A DNA stretch of 32,000 nucleotides from Patescibacteria group bacterium (GCA_030549845.1 JAUQQN010000002.1:30001-62000); one strand, 5' to 3'; shown: positions 6,992 through 16,051, numbered from the stretch's first letter. A program made the numbers and translations. Notes: a model not told the origin generated them from the sequence alone.

Positions 6992-9051
6992 TTCAGAAAA
7001 AATATAAATATCAACTTAAAGAAAATTTGGAGATAGAATTTGAAATTAATGATTGGGCTAAAAGAGCAGCTGTTTCACTTGTAACAAGATGCAAAGATAC
7101 TGTAGTTTTAACAACTGTGGTCGTTGGAGAAAAGAAAGATTACATTGATTTTGTGCCTCTTACTGTTGATTATGAAGAAAAATTTTATGCAATAGGTAAA
7201 ATTTATGGAAGTAGATTTATAAGAAGAGAAGGAAAACCTTCTGAGACTGCAATACTAAATGCAAGATTAATAGATAGAGCGCTTAGGCCTTCTATTAAAA
7301 ATTTTCCATACGAACTGCATATAGTAAACACTATCCTTTCTTTAGATCCAGAAATTGACCCAGATATATGCGCGTTTTTAGGATCTTCTTTGGGCTTTGG
7401 ATTATTAGGATATAAATGGAACAACCCCATAGGAGCAGTAAAAATATCAAAAATAGAAAATGATTTTGTTTTATATCCTTTAGAAACAGAAAAGCAGTTT
7501 AGTGAATTCAATATTTTTATAGGAGGAAATAAAAATTTTATAAACATGATTGAACTTGATGGCAAAGAAGCTAAAGAAGAGGATGTTATAGAAGCTTGCA
7601 AAATAGGTTTAAAAGAGTTAAAAAGAGTGGTTTCTTTTATTGAAGAAGTGGTTAAAGATAATATAAAAGAATACATTGAAATCCCAGAGGAGGAAAATGT
7701 AATAGCTTTTGGAGAAGACTTTATTCAAAAACACAAAATTGATTTAGAAGAAATTTTATTTTCACAAAAAGAGGGAACTTCTTTAGATATAGTTTTTGAA
7801 TTACTAAACCAGGAAAAAGAAAATGAAAAATACTCTAAAATTTACAAAGGTGTATTAGATCTTATAAAAAAAGTTTTTGTAAACAAAGTATTAAGCGAAA
7901 AGAGGAGACCTGATGGTAGAGGATTGGATGAGTTAAGACCTATAGAAATAAACATAAATTTATTACCAAGGGCTCATGGTTCTGCTCTTTTTAAAAGAGG
8001 GTTAACTCATACCTTATCTACAGTCACTTTAGCTCCTTTAGGTGAAGAATTGGTAATAAGAGAAATAGAATTTGAAGGATATAAAAGATTTATGCATCAT
8101 TACAACTTCCCTGCATATTGCGTAGGAGAAATAGGTAGCTCAAAGGCTCCTTCAAGAAGAGAAATAGGTCATGGAAACTTAGTAGAAAAAGCCCTAAAAA
8201 ATTTGATGCCTTCAGAAGATATGTTTCCATATACTATAAGAATTGTCTCAGATGTTTTATCTTCTAACGGATCTACTTCTATGGCCAGCGTGTGTTCTTC
8301 TTCTTTAGCTTTATTTGATGCAGGAGTACCTTTTGAAAAACACGTAGCAGGAATTAGTATTGGTTTAGCATTTAAAGATTATGAAAATTATGAATTTTTA
8401 ACGGACATTCAAGGGCCTGAAGATTTTTGGGGCGGTATGGATTTTAAAATTGCAGGAACAAAAGATGGAATTACAGCTATTCAACTTGACGTAAAAATAG
8501 ATGGCTTAACTATCGAAATGATCGACAAAGCTTTGGAAAAAGCTAAAAAGGCAAGATTATCTATTATCGAAAAGATGGAAGAGGTAATAAACACCCCTAG
8601 AGCTGCATTAAAAGAAAGTGTACCAAAAGTTGGACTTACAAAAATTGAAGCATCAAAAATTGGGTTATTAATAGGACCTGGTGGGCGGAATATTAATGAA
8701 ATTATAGCCTTAACAAACTCGAAAATAGATATTAGACCTGATGGAACTATTATTGTAACAGCAGAAAAAGAAAATGAACTCCGAGAAGCATTAAAACTCA
8801 TTAAAGCATCAACAAATTCTTATTTTGAAGGAGAATTAATTGAAGGAAAAGTAATTAAGATTTTGCCATTTGGGGCTATTTTAGATCTTGGCATGAATAG
8901 GACCGCACTCCTTCATATTTCTGAAATTGCTGATCGAAAAATAGAAGATATTAATAAAGAATTAAAATTAGGAGAAGAGCTTTTAGTAAAAATTAAAAAA
9001 ATTTCAGAGGATGGCAAAATTTATGTTTCTTTAAAGGATGCCAGAGGGTGA
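6988..9051 (+). CDS. pnp: Polyribonucleotide nucleotidyltransferase (PNPase)
   Basis: The 687-aa product has two RNase PH domains (RRPDGRGLDELRPIEI ..., GSTSMASVCSSSLALFDAGVP), a KH domain (IGLLIGPGGRNINEI) and a C-terminal S1 domain (GELIEGKVIKILPFGAILDLG). Confidence 0.93.
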   Translation: MIQKKYKYQLKENLEIEFEINDWAKRAAVSLVTRCKDTVVLTTVVVGEKKDYIDFVPLTVDYEEKFYAIGKIYGSRFIRREGKPSETAILNARLIDRALRPSIKNFPYELHIVNTILSLDPEIDPDICAFLGSSLGFGLLGYKWNNPIGAVKISKIENDFVLYPLETEKQFSEFNIFIGGNKNFINMIELDGKEAKEEDVIEACKIGLKELKRVVSFIEEVVKDNIKEYIEIPEEENVIAFGEDFIQKHKIDLEEILFSQKEGTSLDIVFELLNQEKENEKYSKIYKGVLDLIKKVFVNKVLSEKRRPDGRGLDELRPIEININLLPRAHGSALFKRGLTHTLSTVTLAPLGEELVIREIEFEGYKRFMHHYNFPAYCVGEIGSSKAPSRREIGHGNLVEKALKNLMPSEDMFPYTIRIVSDVLSSNGSTSMASVCSSSLALFDAGVPFEKHVAGISIGLAFKDYENYEFLTDIQGPEDFWGGMDFKIAGTKDGITAIQLDVKIDGLTIEMIDKALEKAKKARLSIIEKMEEVINTPRAALKESVPKVGLTKIEASKIGLLIGPGGRNINEIIALTNSKIDIRPDGTIIVTAEKENELREALKLIKASTNSYFEGELIEGKVIKILPFGAILDLGMNRTALLHISEIADRKIEDINKELKLGEELLVKIKKISEDGKIYVSLKDARG

Positions 9052-10327
9052 GTTTAAATTTAGAATCATAAAAGGGAAAGGAGGGGAGGAAGAGATTCGT
9101 GTATCACCATTTAAAAAATTTAAAATAGAAGAAAGAGTAGTCACCTCTCAACCCGTAAAAAAAGAAGAGATTTTAGAAATTAGAGAAAAAACTGAAATAC
9201 AAAAGGGTGAAGATGTTTTAAAAAGCGAGATACCACAGGAAAAACCTATAAAAACTCCTAAAAAACTAATCAATTTTCGAGCATTTAAAAAAATTTTTAT
9301 TTTAATTGGGGTAATTATTGCAATAGGAGGGTTGGGTTATTTTTTTATCAAAAATTCTTCTATAATATTCGAAAAGGTCTCGATGTTATTACCCACAAGA
9401 AGAAAAGAAAAGGTTCAATCTACTTCAACAGTTAATGTAACTCCTATACTCTCCCCTAAAAAAATAGAGCCTACATTATTAGAACCCCTAAAAGCAACCA
9501 CCTCAGAGGCTACCACAACTTCTACTTCTATGGAAGCCTTAGAAACTACAACTACTTTAGAAGAAAAAATTTCTACAGAAGAAAAAATTTCTACTTCTGT
9601 AACATCTACTATAATAAGTGTACCTCCAGCAATCACATCAATATCTACAACTACACCTACAACCTCTGTATCTAAAATAGAAAAACAATTAGAACCTCCT
9701 TCATTAAAAGAAACAGAAATAAAAAAAGTTGTAAAAGAAGAAATACCAGCTCAAAAAGGAGAAATCCTTAGAGAAATAGGCTCTTTCCCATCAGTAGAGA
9801 TATCTTTACAAGAATTAAACATAGATGGACTTAAAAAGGCATGGCTTAACTCATTAAAAATTCAAAAAGAAGCTGGTAATATTTACGAAATTAAATTTAA
9901 TTACAATAACGAAAAGATTCCCTTAGATCTTATAGTTGATTATTTCATAAGGCCTTCATTTATAGAAACTCAACATAGTAATGAGTTTAAAAAAACATTC
10001 AAAGATTACAAGATTTTGTTTTATTATACATATACAAGAAAATACCCTATTTTAATTTTAAAATCGAATAATGATAGCTTTGTGGTTACCTTTATGAGAT
10101 TATGGGATAAAGAAACTCTTTTAAAAGATATGTATAATTTATATTTAGGCTTGCCTAAAGGTAAGCTGGTCAGGAATTTTACAATAACTCAAAATTTTGA
10201 AAACATTAAATACAACATAGCTTATTATGATAATGATTACAAATTCATTTGGACAGTTTATAATAATTATTTAATATTCTCTACCAGCTTAAATGCCTTC
10301 AAATATATAATTAAAAAATTAAAATAA
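9038..10327 (+). CDS. Hypothetical single-pass membrane protein with Thr/Ser-rich linker
   Basis: The 429-aa product has a charged N-terminus, a TM helix (IFILIGVIIAIGGLGYFFI), a T/S-rich low-complexity region that includes an exact 18-nt duplication at 9560-9595 (EEKIST x2), and a Y/N/F-rich C-terminal domain. I recognise no family. Confidence 0.55.
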   Translation: MPEGEFKFRIIKGKGGEEEIRVSPFKKFKIEERVVTSQPVKKEEILEIREKTEIQKGEDVLKSEIPQEKPIKTPKKLINFRAFKKIFILIGVIIAIGGLGYFFIKNSSIIFEKVSMLLPTRRKEKVQSTSTVNVTPILSPKKIEPTLLEPLKATTSEATTTSTSMEALETTTTLEEKISTEEKISTSVTSTIISVPPAITSISTTTPTTSVSKIEKQLEPPSLKETEIKKVVKEEIPAQKGEILREIGSFPSVEISLQELNIDGLKKAWLNSLKIQKEAGNIYEIKFNYNNEKIPLDLIVDYFIRPSFIETQHSNEFKKTFKDYKILFYYTYTRKYPILILKSNNDSFVVTFMRLWDKETLLKDMYNLYLGLPKGKLVRNFTITQNFENIKYNIAYYDNDYKFIWTVYNNYLIFSTSLNAFKYIIKKLK

Positions 10328-10654
10328 ATGGACTTAGAAAAAATCAAAGAAGAACTAATAAAAGAAAAAGAAGAGATTGAAATTATTTTAAGGCAAATGG
10401 ATGAAGAAATTGAAAAATTAAAACATAGCGATGAATTTGAAATTTCAGATATTTCAGAACAATTTGAGGAAAAACAAGATTTTTATGTAAAAAGAGAGAT
10501 TTTAACCAAAAAATTAGAGAGTATTAATAAAGCCTTAGAAAAAATAGAAAATGGTTCCTATGGTATTTGTGTAAAATGTAATAGTCCTATAGAAGAAAAC
10601 AGATTAAAATTAGATCCATTAACAGAAGTTTGCAGAAAGTGCGCTCAGTTATAG
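10328..10654 (+). CDS. DksA/TraR-family C4 zinc-finger protein
   Basis: The 108-aa product has an N-terminal coiled coil and a C-terminal CVKCNSPIEENRLKLDPLTEVCRKC motif (CxxC-17-CxxC). Confidence 0.7.
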   Translation: MDLEKIKEELIKEKEEIEIILRQMDEEIEKLKHSDEFEISDISEQFEEKQDFYVKREILTKKLESINKALEKIENGSYGICVKCNSPIEENRLKLDPLTEVCRKCAQL

Positions 10655-10655
10655 T

Positions 10656-11081
10656 TTACTTTGAATAATAAATAAATATCTTATCTACTCTTGGGATTGC
10701 ATCTTCTTCACATTTATAAAGATTTATTTTGTATTTAATATAGCGAACATTTTGAAGCCCTAAGTTACCAATCTCAGAGGGGCGAGAATTTATCGTTAAT
10801 TCAGAAAAATTAGTCGTTGATCCATAATAGATCGTAAAATTTACATAACTTCCAGGCTCAAAATATCCTTTCCATAAAAATTTTGTTATAGTCTTTGGCT
10901 CTGAAAGATCAAAAATAGGCGATTCGAGTGAGCCAAAATATTCTGCTAAATTTGGATCACAATCTGTTTGCCCTTGTGAATTTGATATTTTAATGTTAGT
11001 TAAAATTATTAAAAAAATACTACCTACTAAAAAAAGTATTAAATATATTTTTGATTTTTGTAAGAAGGTTTTCTTCTTCAT
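10656..11081 (-). CDS. Hypothetical secreted/membrane-anchored protein
   Basis: The 141-aa product has a signal/anchor sequence (MKKKTFLQKSKIYLILFLVGSIFLIILT) and a beta-rich body with two Cys. Its first 62 nt overlap the ftsA 3' end. Confidence 0.45.
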   Translation of the reverse strand: MKKKTFLQKSKIYLILFLVGSIFLIILTNIKISNSQGQTDCDPNLAEYFGSLESPIFDLSEPKTITKFLWKGYFEPGSYVNFTIYYGSTTNFSELTINSRPSEIGNLGLQNVRYIKYKINLYKCEEDAIPRVDKIFIYYSK

Positions 11082-12174
11082 AACTTAATTCTTTAAGAAG
11101 AATTGCTGAACCAGCAGAAGCTGAAAATTTTACTAATTCTTCTTCAGTATCAAATAATTTTAACTCATCTTTCGGAAATTTTATTTGAGATTCAAAATAA
11201 GATTTTAGAAAATTTTCTAATTCCATATTACATAAAAATGGTCCGAAAATTACTAAACCACCAGGTAATTTAAATTGCTTTTTAATATCTTTAAATGCTT
11301 CTTTTAATTTAAGATCATCAAAATATTCTTTTAATTTTTTTTCGATAAATTTAGTTATGTTAGTCTTTTTAAGTTTTTTTGTTTTTCTTAGTTCGGTTTC
11401 TTTTTTAAAAAATTCTGTTTTCAGATTCTCTATCTCATCTAAATCTACTTTCAAATAAATAGCAAGGTCTTCAAAGATATACCTTGAACCAAAATCAAAA
11501 CTTTTAAAATAACATAGCCTACCTTCACTAAAAACCCCCAAAATTGTAGTTGAATCACCAACTTCAAAAATTCCTGTTCCTATTTCTTTATCTTTTTTAC
11601 TTAAAAAATATTTCGCAGATATATATGTTGAAGGTAGAATTTTGTTAATTTCTATTCCTAAATTTTTAAAAATTTCTTTGATTTTATTAAAGAAAGTCTG
11701 ACTGCAGGAAATTAGAAAAACTTCTGCATCTAATCTTCTTCCATAAAAGCCGACTGGATCACGAGCTTCTTGGATTCCATCAATTATGAATTTAACAGGT
11801 TCCTCCAAAATTATTTCCTGATTAGAAAGTAAAGCAAAATTTTTGGCATTTTTTATAACCCTTTCCACATCATTTTTGGTTACATTATTTTCAAAAATGA
11901 CATGGCCTTTTTGTAAAAAGGAGTTAAAATTTGGCAAATTAAACGAGAGATTTATCTTATCAATTCTTTTTAGCTGAAAGGTTTCTGAAATTTGTTTAAA
12001 AATATTTTCTAATATTGCAGTTAAGGAATTTTGATCTATTATTTCGCTTTTATAAAAAGACTCATTTTTAACATAAGAGTTATATAAAGCAAGATCTCCG
12101 CCCTCAATCTCTTCTAATACACTAAATTTTATTTCATAATGTCCTAAATCCAGCCCTATATAAAATTTTCTCAT
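11020..12174 (-). CDS. ftsA: Actin-like cell-division ATPase FtsA
   Basis: It has the phosphate-1 motif YIGLDLGHYEIK, an FtsA-type core (IIDGIQEARDPVGFYGRRLDAEVFLISC ... IGTGIFEVGDSTTILGVF ... FDFGSRYIFEDLA ... LPGGLVIFG) and an amphipathic C-terminal tail (LLTKIKNIFNTFF). PilM is the alternative assignment. Confidence 0.65.
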   Translation of the reverse strand: MRKFYIGLDLGHYEIKFSVLEEIEGGDLALYNSYVKNESFYKSEIIDQNSLTAILENIFKQISETFQLKRIDKINLSFNLPNFNSFLQKGHVIFENNVTKNDVERVIKNAKNFALLSNQEIILEEPVKFIIDGIQEARDPVGFYGRRLDAEVFLISCSQTFFNKIKEIFKNLGIEINKILPSTYISAKYFLSKKDKEIGTGIFEVGDSTTILGVFSEGRLCYFKSFDFGSRYIFEDLAIYLKVDLDEIENLKTEFFKKETELRKTKKLKKTNITKFIEKKLKEYFDDLKLKEAFKDIKKQFKLPGGLVIFGPFLCNMELENFLKSYFESQIKFPKDELKLFDTEEELVKFSASAGSAILLKELSYEEENLLTKIKNIFNTFFSR

Positions 12175-12443
12175 CCTTCATATTTTATATATTGAATGTA
12201 ACGCTTAGCCATTTCCAAAGCTTTTTCTAGTGGCCAGCCTTCTTTTAGTTTTTTATTTACAAAACTTTGAATTTTCAATCTATACATTCTATACTCATAC
12301 TTCCTTCTTTCATTCATTTTTCTTGTTTTAAATAAATTTTTCTTAACTTCTAATACTGTACCGCTTTTTTGAAACCTAGTCAAAAATCTTCTTAAAAATT
12401 GTTGTAAGCTTTCTCCTTTAAATCTTTTAGCTTTAACTCTCAT
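12171..12443 (-). CDS. rpsU: 30S ribosomal protein S21 with extended C-terminus
   Basis: The S21 pattern is VKAKRFKGESLQQFLRRFLTRFQKSGTVLEVKKNLFKTRKMNERRK. At 90 aa it carries about 20-30 residues beyond typical S21 proteins (about 60-70 aa). Confidence 0.7.
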   Translation of the reverse strand: MRVKAKRFKGESLQQFLRRFLTRFQKSGTVLEVKKNLFKTRKMNERRKYEYRMYRLKIQSFVNKKLKEGWPLEKALEMAKRYIQYIKYEG

Positions 12444-12843
12444 TTTTTATTTTTTTATAAATTTCCTCTAAGCTTTCTTTTGGTGGATTAAAAACTACTG
12501 AATGAATCGACCCGCCTTTGTCATTTTTAAATCTTGGCATAATATGAATATGCAAATGATCTATTGCTCTACCTGCTAATTTACCTTCATTTATTCCTAT
12601 TGTAAAATCTACTGTGTTTAATTTCTCGCCCAGTTTTTTTATAATGCTTTTTAAAAAATCAACTAACTCTTTTTCTACCTCTTCAGGTATATCAACAAAG
12701 TTTACAATATGTTCTTTTGGTAAAACCAAAGTATGACCAGGGGCATGGGGATTAATATCCAAAACTGCTATAAAATTATCTGTTTCATCAATTATATAAC
12801 TTTGGATTTCTTTTTTTCCTATTTTGCAAAAAATACAATCCAT
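12433..12843 (-). CDS. HIT-family (histidine triad) nucleotide hydrolase
   Basis: It has the N-terminal CIFCKI motif, NPHAPGHTLVLPKEH, and the histidine triad HLHIHIMPR. Confidence 0.88.
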   Translation of the reverse strand: MDCIFCKIGKKEIQSYIIDETDNFIAVLDINPHAPGHTLVLPKEHIVNFVDIPEEVEKELVDFLKSIIKKLGEKLNTVDFTIGINEGKLAGRAIDHLHIHIMPRFKNDKGGSIHSVVFNPPKESLEEIYKKIKNES

Positions 12844-12858
12844 TTTAGAAATATTATA

Positions 12859-14133
12859 TTAAATTTTACGAGATTTTAATTCTTCTATCAATAAATTCAA
12901 AGGGATAGTCTCTTGGCTACCATCTTGCATATTTTTCAAAATTACTGATTTTGTGCCTAGTTCTTGGTGGCCTATAATTATGCAGTATTTTATGCCTAAT
13001 TTGTTAGCTATTTCTAATTGAGAAGATAAATTAGTTTTATTAAAATTTTCTAGAACAAAAAAATTATTTCTTAATAACATATCATAAACTGAAAGAGCAT
13101 AACTTTTTGCTTTATCAGTTACATAAGCAATAAAAATTTTAGGTCTTGATTTAGAAAAGCTAACATCTATTGCATGTAATTTTAAAATTTCTAAAAATCT
13201 TTCAACACCTAAAGCTCCACCTACTCCAGGTAAATTTCTGCTTCCTAATAGTTTTCCTAAGTTATCATATCTTCCTCCACTTATTATAGCAACAGGCATT
13301 TCAGTAAAATATACTTCAAAAACTGTTTTTGAATAATAATCAAATCCTCTAACTAAATTACTATCCAATTCATAATTTATCTCAAGACTTTCTAGGTATT
13401 CCAAAACAGAGTTAAAATGTTTTTCGCAATCATTACATAAATAATCTAAAATACTTGGGGCATTTTGCTTATATTTTTGATCAGACTCTACTTTACAGTC
13501 AAGTAATCTAAGGGGGTTAACTTCATATCTTCTTTTACAATCTACACATAAATTTTTTAAATACTTTCTGTAATATTTTTTCAGAGCTTTTTTATATCTT
13601 TCTCTATCAGAGCTACAACCTAAGCTATTTATTCTTACAACATAATCACTTAATTTGAATTTTTTCAAAAATCTATCAAAAGTTAATATTATCTTAGCAT
13701 CATAAATTGGGTCTTCTGTGTTTAAAATTTCTAAACCCCATTGATAATGTTCTCTATATCTTCCAGCTTGCGGCTTTTCATATCTAAACATAGGAGCAAT
13801 GTAGAAAAGCTGAACAGGTTGGGTCCAAGAATGCATTCCATTTTGGAAATAAGCTCTTACTATAGCAGCTGTTCCTTCCGGTCTTAATACATAATTTGCT
13901 TTTTCTCCTTTTCTTTTTATATAAAACATTTCCTTTTCAACCACATCAGAAACTGCACCTAATGAGGCAGTGAATACTTGCTCATATTCTATTGTTGGGG
14001 TTCTAATATATTCAAATCCCCATAAAATAGAATGCTTAGAAAATTCATTTATTAACCCCAAAAAAGCATCTGCATCTCTTTTTACTAAATCATGGGTGCC
14101 TTTAGGTGTTTGAATAGCTATTTTGAATTTCAT
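12859..14133 (-). CDS. hisS: Histidine--tRNA ligase
   Basis: Class II motifs are present: LRPEGTAAIVRAY, MFRYEKPQAGRYREHYQ, GGRYDNLG and GGALGVERF. The C-terminal anticodon-binding domain is also present. Confidence 0.92.
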   Translation of the reverse strand: MKFKIAIQTPKGTHDLVKRDADAFLGLINEFSKHSILWGFEYIRTPTIEYEQVFTASLGAVSDVVEKEMFYIKRKGEKANYVLRPEGTAAIVRAYFQNGMHSWTQPVQLFYIAPMFRYEKPQAGRYREHYQWGLEILNTEDPIYDAKIILTFDRFLKKFKLSDYVVRINSLGCSSDRERYKKALKKYYRKYLKNLCVDCKRRYEVNPLRLLDCKVESDQKYKQNAPSILDYLCNDCEKHFNSVLEYLESLEINYELDSNLVRGFDYYSKTVFEVYFTEMPVAIISGGRYDNLGKLLGSRNLPGVGGALGVERFLEILKLHAIDVSFSKSRPKIFIAYVTDKAKSYALSVYDMLLRNNFFVLENFNKTNLSSQLEIANKLGIKYCIIIGHQELGTKSVILKNMQDGSQETIPLNLLIEELKSRKI

Positions 14134-14678
14134 ATTGTTTTTCTAAAATGGATTACTTTTATTAATTTACTCAAAAAATCTATCCGCAAAATAACTTTTC
14201 CGATAATTCTCTCTTTTTTTAAAGGACCCCACTTTCTTGAATCATAGCTTTCTTCACGATTATCTCCTAAAACAAAATATTCATCATCCTTTAATTCAAA
14301 TGTTTGTTCTTCCATATAAAAATTTTTTTCTTTCAAATAGCTTTCTTCCAACTTAAAACCTTTGGGGTTTTCTTTATTATAAATATACACCTCATTCCCC
14401 CTTAAATAAACCCTTTCACCAGGTAATCCTATTACTCTTTTTATATAATATTTACTTTCATCCACAGGAGGCTTAAATATTACAACATCATATCTATTTA
14501 TGGCACCTAACTTGATACATACTTTACAAATAATCAAATAATCAGCGCTATGAAAATTAGGCTCCATACTTTCTCCAACAACAACAAATGGTTCGAAAAT
14601 AAAAAATCGTACAGGCAAAAAAATTATTAAAAAAATTATTATAAATTCAATATTTTCTATAAGCTCTAGTTTTTTCAT
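14130..14678 (-). CDS. lepB: Signal peptidase I
   Basis: It has an N-terminal TM helix, the Ser box GESMEPNF, YIKRVIGLPGERV and VLGDNREESYDSRKWG. Confidence 0.88.
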   Translation of the reverse strand: MKKLELIENIEFIIIFLIIFLPVRFFIFEPFVVVGESMEPNFHSADYLIICKVCIKLGAINRYDVVIFKPPVDESKYYIKRVIGLPGERVYLRGNEVYIYNKENPKGFKLEESYLKEKNFYMEEQTFELKDDEYFVLGDNREESYDSRKWGPLKKERIIGKVILRIDFLSKLIKVIHFRKTI

Positions 14679-14687
14679 ATAAAATTA

Positions 14688-14716
14688 ATTATAATGGAAA
14701 AAAATAATAAAATCAA
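14688..14716 (-). promoter_or_regulatory. Candidate lepB promoter (TTGATT-17 nt-TATAAT), with the -10 box 9 nt from the ATG
   Basis: On the minus strand TTGATT is the reverse complement of 14711-14716 and TATAAT is the reverse complement of 14688-14693. Nine nt then separate the -10 from the ATG at 14678. The -35 lies inside the divergent pth gene. Confidence 0.35.
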
Positions 14717-15251
14717 ATTGATATTTGGGTTAGGCAATCCTGGAATAAAATTTGAAAATACCCCCCATAATTTTGGAAGAGATTTAATTCATTATTATTT
14801 TGGAGAAAAAATTATTGATCTTCCCTATTCTTCACTTTCTAAATTCAAAAATTTATATCTAGGAATTCCAAAAGTTTATATGAATGAGAATGGCAAAGCT
14901 TTAAAAGAGATTATCGAAAAATTAAAAATAAATACTGATAAAGTTTTAATAGTTCATGATGAAGCAGATTTAGATTTTCTAAAGGTGAAAATTTCATTTA
15001 ATAAAGGAGCCTCTATGCATAAAGGTGTTGAATCTATTTATAATGTATGTGGGAAAGATATATGGAGGTTTAGGATAGGAATTCAATATCTTAAAACAAG
15101 AGTAAAAGCGGAAAAGATTATCTTGAAAAAGCTACCAAAAAGATTAATTCTTAAATGGAATAAATTTAAAGAGAAATTTGCTTATGTAATTGAAGAGTTA
15201 TCTTTAAAGCCCATTGAGAAATTAAATCTTCCAAAAGATTTTTACAAATAA
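14694..15251 (+). CDS. pth: Peptidyl-tRNA hydrolase
   Basis: The motifs are LIFGLGNPGIKFENTPHNFG, PKVYMNENG, LIVHDEADLDF and RFRIGI. TAAAAT at 14680-14685 lies 8 nt upstream of the ATG. Confidence 0.85.
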   Translation: MEKNNKIKLIFGLGNPGIKFENTPHNFGRDLIHYYFGEKIIDLPYSSLSKFKNLYLGIPKVYMNENGKALKEIIEKLKINTDKVLIVHDEADLDFLKVKISFNKGASMHKGVESIYNVCGKDIWRFRIGIQYLKTRVKAEKIILKKLPKRLILKWNKFKEKFAYVIEELSLKPIEKLNLPKDFYK

Positions 15252-16033
15252 CCAATTTCTTTAAGATAGTCTCTATACTGCCATTCCCATAATTCTTTAC
15301 AACCTAAAAATCCTTTAAAGTCCTCCTCTGGGTTATCAAATTCTTTAAGTTCCCAATCAGGAAATACTTCTTCTGAAAAAACATGCTCGCAGTTTGAATC
15401 ACCTCCTTTTATTTTATCTCCACTACTTTTTAATATTTTTTTTGCACCACACTTTGTACAATATTGAACCTGATTTATTCTAAAAATATACCTTTTTTCA
15501 ACATATTTTGGAAGAACAATTTTTTTCCCACTTTTTTCTAATAGCCAGGGTTCTTCATTCAAAGCATAGAAATAAGCTGATGTTTGTAATCTATAATCAT
15601 CATAAACTTCTGCAGCAGTCTTTATATCAACTAAAGAAAAAGTCCCATCTATTTCTGCTAACATATCAAAGGTTCCACTATATCTATAATTTGAGTGTTT
15701 TATTCTTTTTTCAATCCATTCTATTTTAGTGTAAAAAGAATGAGTCTTTAAAAACTCTTCAAATCCTTTTTTAAATCCAATATATTCTGGAGGGACTATA
15801 ATTTCTCTTCCAGTTACTATAGCTTCTAAAATTTCATGAACAATAGTCCCTTCTCTCGCTGCTTTTGCTTTTTTTTCTTGAGCTGCTTCGTAATTTTCAG
15901 CGGCTGCATAAAAATAGTATAAAGCAGGCTTACTTTTTACATCAACAATAGATGTTACTCTTGGGTACCAAACATTATCTATTACATAACCATGTTTTCT
16001 TTTAAACTCTTCAAGACTTAAATTGGTTTCCAT
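15242..16033 (-). CDS. PD-(D/E)XK (RecB/Cas4-like) nuclease-fold protein with an inserted Cys/His cluster
   Basis: The ordered motifs are YPRVTSIV, GTIVHEILE, SGTFDML, LVDIKT (D-x-K) and RLQTSAYFYAL (Q..Y). A CTKCG...CEH cluster follows. The ORF converges on and overlaps pth by 10 nt. Confidence 0.5.
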   Translation of the reverse strand: METNLSLEEFKRKHGYVIDNVWYPRVTSIVDVKSKPALYYFYAAAENYEAAQEKKAKAAREGTIVHEILEAIVTGREIIVPPEYIGFKKGFEEFLKTHSFYTKIEWIEKRIKHSNYRYSGTFDMLAEIDGTFSLVDIKTAAEVYDDYRLQTSAYFYALNEEPWLLEKSGKKIVLPKYVEKRYIFRINQVQYCTKCGAKKILKSSGDKIKGGDSNCEHVFSEEVFPDWELKEFDNPEEDFKGFLGCKELWEWQYRDYLKEIGYL

Positions 16034-16051
16034 ATTATATAATTATACCTA
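16034..16051. promoter_or_regulatory. 18-nt divergent spacer with overlapping TATAAT boxes on both strands, each 8 nt from its ATG
   Basis: On the plus strand TATAAT at 16038-16043 is followed by 8 nt and the def ATG at 16052. On the minus strand TATAAT (reverse complement of 16042-16047) is followed by 8 nt and the ATG at 16033. Confidence 0.35.
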
